Positions 40,354 through 48,973 of a stretch of DNA of 64,000 nt are shown here, in pieces. This stretch comes from Chloroflexota bacterium (GTDB lineage: Bacteria; Chloroflexota; Anaerolineae; Anaerolineales; Villigracilaceae): contig JACRBJ010000018.1 in NCBI GenBank assembly GCA_016234555.1, positions 18,912-82,911 on the forward strand, in the 5' to 3' direction. A model generated the notes under the pieces. That model worked only from the letters and a program-made list of their open reading frames with translations. It was not told where the DNA came from and did no database searches. Every line of letters begins with the position of its first letter. Within the stretch, counting starts at the first letter, position 1. A program made the position numbers and the translations under genes.

Positions 40354-41616
40354 ATGAGATCTAAAATTTTTCTGGCCGCGGGGATCATCCTGTTGCTTGC
40401 CCTGATCCCAGTATCGGCGATGGCTTCTCCAGAACCCACGGCCGACCGACTGACGGATCTTGAGAAGTTGGGCAGATTCCTCTATTTCGATCAAAATCTT
40501 TCCGAGCCCGCGGGTCAATCCTGCGCAAGCTGTCACCACCCGGCCTTCGGATTCGATGACCCCGAGTCTGATCTTCCGGTTTCTGAAGGCGTCATTCCCG
40601 GATTATTCGGCGGTCGCAACTCCCCAATTTCGGCCTATGCCATGTACAGCCCCATCAGGTATTTTGATGAGGCGCAAGGATTATGGATTGGTGGTCAATT
40701 CTGGGATAGCCGGGCAACTGGCGAGTATCTTGGCGATCCGCTGGCTGACCAGGCGGTGGGCCCCTTCCTAAATCCAGTGGAAATGGCCAATGCCTCCAAG
40801 GAACAGGTCATTGCCGATATCAAAGCTTCGAAGTATGCCGGCTTGTTTGAGAAGGTTTGGGGCGCGGGCAGCCTGGATAGCGTTGAGGCTGCGTATGATC
40901 AGGTGGGATTATCCATAGCGGCGTTCGAGCGCACCTCGGCGTTCGCTCTGTTCAACTCCAAATATGATTACTACCTTGCTACCTGTATCCGCAAAGGTGG
41001 AGATATGAACGACTGCGCCAAGGGCGTGGGTCGGATTGCCAAGAAGGTCGGTAATGGGATTTTCACCAATCAGGAATGGTATGGCTTGCAGTTATTCATG
41101 GGCGAGAATAACAATGATGGCGTCCTGCAAAAGGGCGAAGGGGCCATGTGCTCTGCCTGCCACGCAGCCGACTGGACTCTTGCCTCAGATTATACATTGC
41201 CCGTGCAAGTGCCTGCCTGGGCGCCGGCTGGCATGGTTCCACCTGTCTTTACGGATTTCACCTATGACAATCTCGGCCTACCCAAGAGTACACACCCACT
41301 ATTGGTGAATGCGCCGGTTGACCTGGGATTAGGATCCATCGTGGGAGATGAGGCTGAAAACGGCAAGTTCAAGGTAATGACCCTGCGCAACGTCCGTCTG
41401 AGTGCCCCTTATGGTCACAATGGGTATTTCACAACTTTGAAAGGCATCGTCCACTTCTACAACACGCGCGATGTGCCCGGCGCGTCGTGGGACCCATCTG
41501 AATACCCTGACACCGTCAACGTTGACGAATTGGGCAATCTCGGCTTGAGCAGCCGCGATGAACACGCGCTGGTTGAGTTTATGAAGACGCTTTCAGACGG
41601 TGATTGGCGGCGTTAG
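40354..41616 (+). CDS. Di-heme cytochrome c peroxidase/MauG-family protein
   Basis: Signal peptide; LGRFLYFDQNLS, CASCH, RNSP, GGQFWDSRA, NPVEM, CSACH, FKVMTLRNV, PYGHNG. Confidence 0.9.
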   Translation: MRSKIFLAAGIILLLALIPVSAMASPEPTADRLTDLEKLGRFLYFDQNLSEPAGQSCASCHHPAFGFDDPESDLPVSEGVIPGLFGGRNSPISAYAMYSPIRYFDEAQGLWIGGQFWDSRATGEYLGDPLADQAVGPFLNPVEMANASKEQVIADIKASKYAGLFEKVWGAGSLDSVEAAYDQVGLSIAAFERTSAFALFNSKYDYYLATCIRKGGDMNDCAKGVGRIAKKVGNGIFTNQEWYGLQLFMGENNNDGVLQKGEGAMCSACHAADWTLASDYTLPVQVPAWAPAGMVPPVFTDFTYDNLGLPKSTHPLLVNAPVDLGLGSIVGDEAENGKFKVMTLRNVRLSAPYGHNGYFTTLKGIVHFYNTRDVPGASWDPSEYPDTVNVDELGNLGLSSRDEHALVEFMKTLSDGDWRR

Positions 41617-41640
41617 CAGCAATCACTTATCCGGGCAAAG

Positions 41641-42128
41641 TCATAAAAGATGCGAGCCAGGCAAGAGGAATATATGAACAAAAAACTGTATCGTGTGAGA
41701 GTGGTTTTGTTCGTGATGGCGGAGAACGAATCGGATGCCTGCGTGGCTGCCACCCGGGCGGGATTCGAATGCACTGCCAGAAAGGCAAAAAATATCGATC
41801 CAGAATGGAGAGATGCCATTCCTTACAATTCAGACGATGAGCGCATCTGCTCGGAGATTTTGGCCTCAGAGATTTTGGCTATTAAACGGCATGCTATTCG
41901 CTCCCGCCCCTATCCCATAAAACCTCCGCAATATATAAAAGCGGCACCATCTGGATCTTCCATGCCGGTAATTGCTCCGCCCTGTTTGGATAGCAGCTCC
42001 AAAAATTTAGATATTAGTCAAAGATTGGCCCAATAACACAGCAAAAGAATGTGATTGTACTATCCAGATGAGAGAATCTTTAAAGGTTTGAGAGCTCTGG
42101 CGAGCGGAGTCTGCTTTCCAGAGCAAAA
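41641..42128 (+). repeat. Direct-repeat cassette copy 2
   Basis: Paralog of 39811-40295 with in-frame indels. Confidence 0.85.
41674..42036 (+). CDS. Small hypothetical protein, copy 2
   Basis: MNKKLYRVRVVLFVMAENESDACVAA; both copies stay open and end with a similar SQRL(S/A)Q. Confidence 0.55.
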   Translation: MNKKLYRVRVVLFVMAENESDACVAATRAGFECTARKAKNIDPEWRDAIPYNSDDERICSEILASEILAIKRHAIRSRPYPIKPPQYIKAAPSGSSMPVIAPPCLDSSSKNLDISQRLAQ

Positions 42129-42332
42129 AAAGCATTTTTGTGTAATATAAAAATGACAAGTTGTACCAAATATAGGATAATTGCAGGAGCTGATCCCTCC
42201 ACAACAACAGATTGAATGTCATATTGAAGTGAGCTTAAATACAGTTGAAGGTCTGTTTTCTGCAAAGGATAATTTTTGCAGGCACGATAATGTCAAATCT
42301 AAATTCCAAACAACAAAAAAGGAGATTTCAAA

Positions 42333-42758
42333 ATGAACAAAACCATGGGAATTCTGATGATTGCGTTGGCTCTCGTAATTGCCATTGTGCCGATATTCAC
42401 CGATTGTCTGGCAAATGGTAAAACGCTGACCACAGCAGACGGCAGGTCTGTGCCAATGAAATGTCACTGGACCGCCATCGCCGAAATTGGTATGGCTATT
42501 CCGTTGGCATTGGTTGGCGTTCTCAATTTCACCAGCAAACGCAAGGAATCATTGCGCTCGCTCAACCTGATTGGTTTGGCGTTGGGCACCCTGGTGATTT
42601 TGTTCCCCACAGTTCTGATCGGGGTGTGCGCCAATCCGATGATGGAATGTAACATGATCGAAAAGCCTACATTGATCCTCTCGGGCGTCGTGGTCATGGC
42701 TGCCAGCCTGATCAACCTGGGGGTTTCCCGCAGCTTCATTGAGCCAGCCGCGGCATGA
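42333..42758 (+). CDS. DUF4418-like Cys-containing membrane protein
   Basis: PMKCHWT and LIGVC---MMEC motifs, TM helices, RBS AAGGAG. Confidence 0.75.
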   Translation: MNKTMGILMIALALVIAIVPIFTDCLANGKTLTTADGRSVPMKCHWTAIAEIGMAIPLALVGVLNFTSKRKESLRSLNLIGLALGTLVILFPTVLIGVCANPMMECNMIEKPTLILSGVVVMAASLINLGVSRSFIEPAAA

Positions 42759-43951
42759 GCGCATTTCAACTCGCACTGAAGAATATTTCCGGTAATGCCT
42801 TCCGCAACATTGTGGTTGCCTTATGCGCCACGCTGGTCTCTGCGTTTGTGCTGTTTACCGCGGTGATCATGCGTGGCGCAGAGTCCAGCTTGCGATTGAC
42901 AATCGACCGGCTTGGCGCGGATGTCATCGTTGTCCCTTTGGGAAGCCAGGATTCAGTCGAGAGCGCCTTGTTGATGGGCGTTCCGGCCCGGGTCTGGATG
43001 CCCAAAAAAGACAACCTGGAGAAGATTGCCGCGATCCCGGGTGTGGAAGTCGTCACGCCTCAGATGTTCCTGGTGACCCTAACCAATGTTCCCTGTTGCG
43101 CCGTATCTTCGATGTTTATGATCGCCTACGATCCGGCAACCGACTTCACCATTGAGCCCTGGCTCAAGGATGAATTAGGGGATGAGTTACATCTGGGAGA
43201 GGTGGTGGGAGGCAGCTTTGTCACTGCCAGCGAGGGAGTAGACAAGATCAAGGTATACGGATACCTGACCACGCTCAAGACCAATCTGGAGCCTACCGGC
43301 ACCGGGCTCGACCAGAGCGTATTTCTCACCTTTGACACAGCGTACGATATCGCCAACAAATCAGTCACCCAGGCGGTAAAGCCGCTGGAAATCCCGCCGG
43401 ATAGCATTTCGGCCGCATTGATCAAAGTGACACCGGGCACCGACCCGCACGACGTTGCAGTCAGGATCGCGCAAAAGATACCCGGCGTCACTTCCATCGA
43501 AAGCTCGGATATGTTTCAGACTTACCGCAAACAAATGACGGGTCTGCTCCGAACCGTTATGATAGTCCTGAGTGTGACGTTGGGATTATCCATTGTGCTG
43601 ATCGGCCTTGTTTTCTCAATGGCCGCCAACGAGCGGCGCAAGGAGTTGGGAGTCCTGCGGGCGCTCGGCGCGACCCGTTGGTATGTTTTCCAATCCCTGC
43701 TGGCAGAAGCCACCCTGCTGGCCTTCTTTGGAGGCGTAGCCGGGGTCAATTTGGCCTCTTTGGCAATTTTCCTGTTCAGGAAGTTGATCATGGTATCTCT
43801 GGATATCCCTTTCCTGCTCCCTTCACCAGTCACGTTATTAACCCAGATCGGTATGGGCTTGTTGCTGGCTCTATTAAGCGTAAACCTGGCTGCTTTAATC
43901 CCAGCCTATAAGATCAGCCAGCAAGATCCGGCTATCGCCATGAGGGAGTAG
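42755..43951 (+). CDS. ABC transporter permease (FtsX-like) with extracytoplasmic CC motif
   Basis: RLGADVIVVP, VPCC, NERRKELGVLRALGA. Confidence 0.88.
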   Translation: MSAFQLALKNISGNAFRNIVVALCATLVSAFVLFTAVIMRGAESSLRLTIDRLGADVIVVPLGSQDSVESALLMGVPARVWMPKKDNLEKIAAIPGVEVVTPQMFLVTLTNVPCCAVSSMFMIAYDPATDFTIEPWLKDELGDELHLGEVVGGSFVTASEGVDKIKVYGYLTTLKTNLEPTGTGLDQSVFLTFDTAYDIANKSVTQAVKPLEIPPDSISAALIKVTPGTDPHDVAVRIAQKIPGVTSIESSDMFQTYRKQMTGLLRTVMIVLSVTLGLSIVLIGLVFSMAANERRKELGVLRALGATRWYVFQSLLAEATLLAFFGGVAGVNLASLAIFLFRKLIMVSLDIPFLLPSPVTLLTQIGMGLLLALLSVNLAALIPAYKISQQDPAIAMRE

Positions 43952-43956
43952 GTACA

Positions 43957-44634
43957 ATGATCACAATTAATGAAGTCACCAAAACCTATCCGCTCGGCAA
44001 GGGAAATTCAGTCACTGCGCTGCATGGAGTAAGCCTTAAGATCAAGAAGGGCGAATTCATGACCATTATTGGTCGGTCTGGATCCGGCAAGACCACCCTC
44101 CTAAACCTTGCTGCAGGGCTGACCCGTCCAACCTCTGGAAAAATTTTATTGGATGGAACGGATCTATGGAAACTGACGGATCAACAGCAGTCTCATATGC
44201 GCAGCCAAAAATTTGGATTTGTCTTTCAGTTCCCCAGCCTGCTGCCCGCACTCACGGTCCAGGATAATGTGATCCTTCCTACGGTCTTTGGTAAAAAACA
44301 GGAACCTGCCCAGATGCATGAGCGGGCGATCCAATTACTGAAGAAGGTTGGGCTGGAGGATAAACTCGAGGCTTATCCACGCCAACTTTCCGCCGGGCAG
44401 CAGCAACGGGTTGTCATTGCGCGCGCGCTCATGAATCAACCGCAGCTGCTTTTGGCCGATGAGCCGACCAGCAATCTGGATGAAAAAACAGAGTTGGAGA
44501 TCATGGAACTATTCCGCGATCTCCATACCAGCATGGGCATCACGATCATGATGGTAACGCATACGCGACAGCTTGTCTCGTACGGTACGCGCGCGATTGA
44601 AATGGCCAATGGAGAGATCGCAAACGGTCATTGA
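43957..44634 (+). CDS. ABC transporter ATP-binding protein
   Basis: GRSGSGKT, LSAGQQQRV, ADEPTSNLD. Confidence 0.93.
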   Translation: MITINEVTKTYPLGKGNSVTALHGVSLKIKKGEFMTIIGRSGSGKTTLLNLAAGLTRPTSGKILLDGTDLWKLTDQQQSHMRSQKFGFVFQFPSLLPALTVQDNVILPTVFGKKQEPAQMHERAIQLLKKVGLEDKLEAYPRQLSAGQQQRVVIARALMNQPQLLLADEPTSNLDEKTELEIMELFRDLHTSMGITIMMVTHTRQLVSYGTRAIEMANGEIANGH

Positions 44635-44896
44635 TAATTAATATCCATCATATCCCCAAGAATGAATTGGTTCTGGTTCGCAAACATATTTTTTCGCTTG
44701 TTCTGCATGGCATCACAACCGATTATTCCCGCCTTGGTCTTGCTCCAGGGTGGGAGCATTATATAGATATGGGAGATGCCCAGTTCAATAGCACAATTCG
44801 AGTTTGCTGAGATACTTTGCGCTCAATTCAAGACAATGTTTGCATGCCATGTCTTCAGCCTGTTTTCTGCTTGGTTGCGTAAATCGAGTAATTGAC

Positions 44897-46522
44897 ATGA
44901 AACGCCACTGGATAGCCGGACTGCTTTCGATTGTTATCGCCATTATTGGTATGGCATTCACACGCCACTCTTCGACTGCGCCGAATGCGGACTCTGCTCC
45001 CAATCCTCCGCCGGGACCTGACAGAGTCACCGTGCTCACCGTGGAATACAAAGCCTTCGAGTGGCAACTGGCAACCTGGGAAAAGCAAAAATCAATCTGC
45101 ACCCTAATCATAGATCACGAAGGGATGCCGCTCCCATGGGAAATCTATAGAGACTGCGGCGAAACAGTCTACAACACATGGATCGTCCAGGATCCTTGCA
45201 TAGGCAAAAACAAAAGAATCTGCAAAGGCTATTACGTTTTTCCGACCAATAGCTATATTGAAGAAAAAGAAGTCCCGTTGGAACTTGAGCCTGCCAGCGC
45301 ATGGATCTCTCTTGAAGATTGCGAACCTGTATTAAGCGCCTCCACCAACATATGCGAGAGTTCCCCAACGCTCGTCATCACGGGACAGGAACCGCTGCCG
45401 GATGAATCCATTACCCGCGTTGAAGGAACCTACGACGGCAAACCTTTCGACTGTGCTGAGGCTGTATGCAAATTCCACATCCCAGAAACAGTTGAAGAGG
45501 GCGTAGCCGTTGAATTCTGGTCATATTCCACGTACGGCGATAGCAGTATCGTTTACAGCGCACAAGTCCGCGTGCGAAAAGCGGACGAAGGCGACCCCGA
45601 TCAATTATATTGGTATGTGGATGTGCTCTCTTCGCAATGGCAGGGTCAAAGCGTTGCAACTTGTTCAGATTCATGGAATATATTTCCTCCTGTTGGCGGC
45701 CCTGCCAAATGGCTGACTACCCCCAAGGAAAGCGAAGAGCTCAGCAGTGATATTCCCTACACCTACCTCGCCACAAACTTGATCTTGCAAGGCGCGGTGG
45801 ATGCAAACGCCTGCGCTGACGGTGGGTTGTCGCCCACTGGGGGCGTTAACCAATGCGGGCTTGAGAAAGCGCGTCCGGCTGTTATCGAATGGCAGAATCA
45901 GTTTGACGAATTGATCTTAAGCACTGCGCAGGAAGCTGCCATCCCGGCGCGATTGCTAAAAAATCTATTCGCGCGTGAAAGCCAGTTTTGGCCTGGCATC
46001 TATCAGGGCGCAGCAGACGTGGGATTGGGTCAACTCACAGAAGACGGCGCAGATACAACCTTGTTTTGGAATGATTCGTTTTACGAACAATTTTGTCCCC
46101 TGGTGTTCCCCGACGATACCTGCGGCGATGGGTACACACATCTCAAAGAAGAAGAACAGCTGGAATTACGGCGCGCGTTGGTGGGAAGCGTCAACGCAAC
46201 ATGTGAAGATTGTCCGCTGGGACTTGACCTCGCACAGGCAGATTTTTCGATAGCCGTATTCGCGCATACCATGGTCGCCAATTGTGAACAGGCTGGGCAG
46301 GTCGTTCAAAATTACACTGGCGAAACGCCGGGGGATGTTGCCTCGTTTGAAGATCTATGGAAATTCACACTGGTCAATTACAATGCGGGCGGAAGTTGTC
46401 TAGCAGACGGAATCACCCACGCGCTGGGTGAAGGACTGGACCTAACCTGGGATAACGTCTCGCCATTTCTCGTTGGTGCTTGCTCGGGCGCAGTTGGTTA
46501 CGTAAATGACATCAGCAAATAA
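44897..46522 (+). CDS. Cys-rich secreted protein with C-terminal lytic-transglycosylase-like motifs
   Basis: N-terminal hydrophobic segment; ARESQFWP, GLGQLT, NYNAG in SLT order. Confidence 0.6.
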   Translation: MKRHWIAGLLSIVIAIIGMAFTRHSSTAPNADSAPNPPPGPDRVTVLTVEYKAFEWQLATWEKQKSICTLIIDHEGMPLPWEIYRDCGETVYNTWIVQDPCIGKNKRICKGYYVFPTNSYIEEKEVPLELEPASAWISLEDCEPVLSASTNICESSPTLVITGQEPLPDESITRVEGTYDGKPFDCAEAVCKFHIPETVEEGVAVEFWSYSTYGDSSIVYSAQVRVRKADEGDPDQLYWYVDVLSSQWQGQSVATCSDSWNIFPPVGGPAKWLTTPKESEELSSDIPYTYLATNLILQGAVDANACADGGLSPTGGVNQCGLEKARPAVIEWQNQFDELILSTAQEAAIPARLLKNLFARESQFWPGIYQGAADVGLGQLTEDGADTTLFWNDSFYEQFCPLVFPDDTCGDGYTHLKEEEQLELRRALVGSVNATCEDCPLGLDLAQADFSIAVFAHTMVANCEQAGQVVQNYTGETPGDVASFEDLWKFTLVNYNAGGSCLADGITHALGEGLDLTWDNVSPFLVGACSGAVGYVNDISK

Positions 46523-46554
46523 CTCATCCATTATTCAAAACGGCGGATCACTAA

Positions 46555-47158
46555 GAATTCGGCACATGCGTCCTCGAAGTGATGCGCCAGCCGATGGAAG
46601 ATAAGGTTGTCACCATCAGCCGCGCCAAAGGCTCGCTGACATTCTCAGCAAATATTCAATTAATCGTTGCGATGAATCCTTGTCCGTGCGGATATTACGG
46701 CGACTCGCTCAAGCCCTGCACTTGTGCGCCCGTTGTGGTTACAAAATATCAAAAGCGGATTTTCAGGTCCCCTGCTCGACCGTATCGATATTCACATCGA
46801 AGTCCCGCGCGTGGATTATGAAAAGTTGAGCAGCAGTCGAACCAGTGAAACCAGCGATTCAATCCGTGCCAGGGTGCAGGCGGCAAGGGAAATTCAGCGT
46901 CAACGATTCAGCGATTCAACGGACATCGTCTGTAACGCCGACATGCGGATTGCTGAGGTTAGGAAGTTTTGCCATTTGCAGGATGAAGGTCAAAGCCTGA
47001 TGCGGGCGGCGATGAGCCAGTTGAACTTATCCGCAAGAGCCTATCATCGCATTCTCAAACTAGCACGGACCATCGCGGATTTAGCGGGGAGTGAGGAAAT
47101 TCAATCCGCGCATTTGGCGGAGGCGCTGCAATATCGTCCAAAGTAAATGTTGGGATAG
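46555..47158 (+). pseudogene. comM: Displaced 3' fragment of comM with frameshift
   Basis: Aligns with 18251-18853; extra T near 46760-46763 (GGATTTTCAGG vs GGATTTCAGG) and early TAA at 47144-47146; no 5' portion. Confidence 0.9.
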
Positions 47159-47168
47159 ATGGTTGACC

Positions 47169-47201
47169 AAGGCGGTTCAGGAAATTCCTGAGCCGCCTTT
47201 T
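47169..47201 (+). terminator. Terminator after the comM fragment
   Basis: AAGGCGGTTCAGGAA-A-TTCCTGAGCCGCCTTTT. Confidence 0.7.
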
Positions 47202-47288
47202 CTTATCAAACGTCGTAATACAAAACGAAGGCATATTTTGGGGCAATCCTTGGTGATTACCTGTCAAATGTCACATCTTAATTATGAC

Positions 47289-47357
47289 TTGACTTTGAAA
47301 ATTCTTAATGCTATTATGTAATTGAAATAATTCTCAATTATGAAAATATTTTCATAA
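47289..47357 (+). promoter_or_regulatory. Promoter with two palindromic operators upstream of the SorC/LsrR regulator
   Basis: TTGACT-17 bp-TATTAT with extended -10 TG; TAATTGA-N8-TCAATTA (47319-47340) and TTATGAAAATATTTTCATAA (47338-47357). Confidence 0.7.
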
Positions 47358-47364
47358 ATAAACC

Positions 47365-48321
47365 ATGGTCAAACTATCCCCCCTCGAAGAGACGCGTTTG
47401 CTGGTAAAAGTCAGCAAGTTTTATTACGAAGAAGGCTTGTCGCAGGATGAGATCATTGAGCGGCTCGACCTTTCGCGTTCCAAAGTCTCCAGGTTGTTGC
47501 AGCAGGCGCGGGATGAGGGAATCGTGCAGATTACCGTGGTGACACCCAAACATCTCTTTTCAGACCTTGAAAACAAACTTGAGAAGCGTTTTGGTCTGCG
47601 CGAAGCATTGGTTGTGGAAACCCATGCCAATGATTCACAGGAAAACATCCTGCGTGAGTTGGGGATTGCTGCCGCTGGATATCTGGAACGGTCGGTGGGA
47701 GCCAAATCTACGATTGGGATTTCCTGGGGACTGACTTTGCATAACATGGTGACTGCGCTTCATCCAAGACGCATCCCGCATACCAAGGTGGTGCAGATTA
47801 TTGGCGGATTGGGACAGCCCGAAGCGGAAGTCCATGCCACGGATTTGTGCCGACGGTTGGCGCATGCAGTAGGTGGGCAGTTGACCCTGCTTCCCGCCCC
47901 GGGAATTGTCGCCAGTCAACAGGCACGCGAGGTGCTTCTTGCTGATTTATATATCCAGCGTGCCATGGAAATGTTCAAGCAATTGGACTTTGCTTTTGTC
48001 GGCATCGGAGCGCCAGATCCTGAGTCGGTTTTGATGCGAGACGGTTCGATTATCTCCAATAACGAACTGAAAATGCTGCTTGAGAGAGGAGCGGTCGGCG
48101 ACATTGCGCTGCGGTTTTTCGACTCAAAGGGGCAGGCGATTCAATCCGAAATTGATAATCGGGTAATTGGAATTACGCTCGATCAGCTCAAACATGCTGG
48201 TCGGGTAATCGGCATCGCCGGCGGACCTGGGAAACTTCCGGCCATCATGGGTGCTTTAAACGGAAAACTCATCAACGTTTTGGTCACCGATTCTGTAACT
48301 GCGGAGAAACTTCTTCAGTAG
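47365..48321 (+). CDS. SorC/LsrR-family sugar-binding transcriptional regulator
   Basis: YYEEGLSQDEI...LSRSKVSRLLQQAR HTH; IGISWG, GAVGDI, IAGG-GK, LVTD. Confidence 0.92.
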   Translation: MVKLSPLEETRLLVKVSKFYYEEGLSQDEIIERLDLSRSKVSRLLQQARDEGIVQITVVTPKHLFSDLENKLEKRFGLREALVVETHANDSQENILRELGIAAAGYLERSVGAKSTIGISWGLTLHNMVTALHPRRIPHTKVVQIIGGLGQPEAEVHATDLCRRLAHAVGGQLTLLPAPGIVASQQAREVLLADLYIQRAMEMFKQLDFAFVGIGAPDPESVLMRDGSIISNNELKMLLERGAVGDIALRFFDSKGQAIQSEIDNRVIGITLDQLKHAGRVIGIAGGPGKLPAIMGALNGKLINVLVTDSVTAEKLLQ

Positions 48322-48355
48322 GTGATTTTAGAATTTATTTTTCAACGAGGTGTAT

Positions 48356-48973
48356 GTGGACGAACAACAGATTTTGGATATGGCGACCAGCGTCATTGAT
48401 ATCGAAAGCAAGGCGATCATCAGCCTGGCGGAACAATTTAGACCAACCCTGGTGCAGGCAGCTCAGGCGATGCTCAATTGCACGGGACATGTGATCGTGT
48501 CTGGTTCGGGGACATCCCATGCGGTGGCCCTGCGTTTTGCTCATTTGCTTTCCTGCTGCGGCACACCCGCCTTTTTTCTGCACCCAGGCGATAGCCAGCA
48601 TGGAGCATCCGGCGCGGTTCGCGCCGAGGATGTTCTCGTGGCGCTTTCCAAGGGCGGCGAAACTGCCGAGGTGACTTTCCTGGCAAATGTAGCAAAGGAA
48701 CGTGGGGCTACCGTCATCGGGATTACCGAAAAACCTGCTTCCTCTCTTGGCAAACTCAGCGACATCACACTGGTGGTCAAGGCTCCGGAAGGAGTTGATC
48801 CCTATGGAATGATTGCAACCGGTAGTTCATTATTCAATTCTGCGTTTTGCGATGCCTTGTGCGTCGTTTTACTGAATCTGCGTGGATATTCTCTCGAACA
48901 ATTTGGAAGGACCCATCCAGGCGGCGCTGTAGGCATAAAGTTAAAAGATGCTTCATGGGAGGAGAAAAAATGA
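48356..48973 (+). CDS. SIS-domain sugar-phosphate isomerase (KpsF/GutQ-like, no CBS domains)
   Basis: SGSGTS, GTPAFFLHP, LSKGGET, THPGGAVG; start GTG 48356 or 48350. Confidence 0.82.
   Translation: MDEQQILDMATSVIDIESKAIISLAEQFRPTLVQAAQAMLNCTGHVIVSGSGTSHAVALRFAHLLSCCGTPAFFLHPGDSQHGASGAVRAEDVLVALSKGGETAEVTFLANVAKERGATVIGITEKPASSLGKLSDITLVVKAPEGVDPYGMIATGSSLFNSAFCDALCVVLLNLRGYSLEQFGRTHPGGAVGIKLKDASWEEKK

Larger units (their letters stand above)
18251..47158. mobile_element. Putative genomic island integrated in comM (~28.3 kb unit), no integrase visible
   Basis: ~600-bp direct repeat of the comM 3' end (18251-18853 and 46555-47158) beginning at GAATTC just after the Walker B motif; accessory cargo in between. 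Confidence 0.7.

Noticed and set aside
39811-42128. Composite transposon around the peroxidase gene
   Set aside because: The flanking repeats encode no transposase-like motifs and lack inverted ends
46579-47146. Two independent small genes or a programmed frameshift
   Set aside because: Both ORFs are pieces of the comM 3' duplicate split by one inserted T, and there is no 5' part to express
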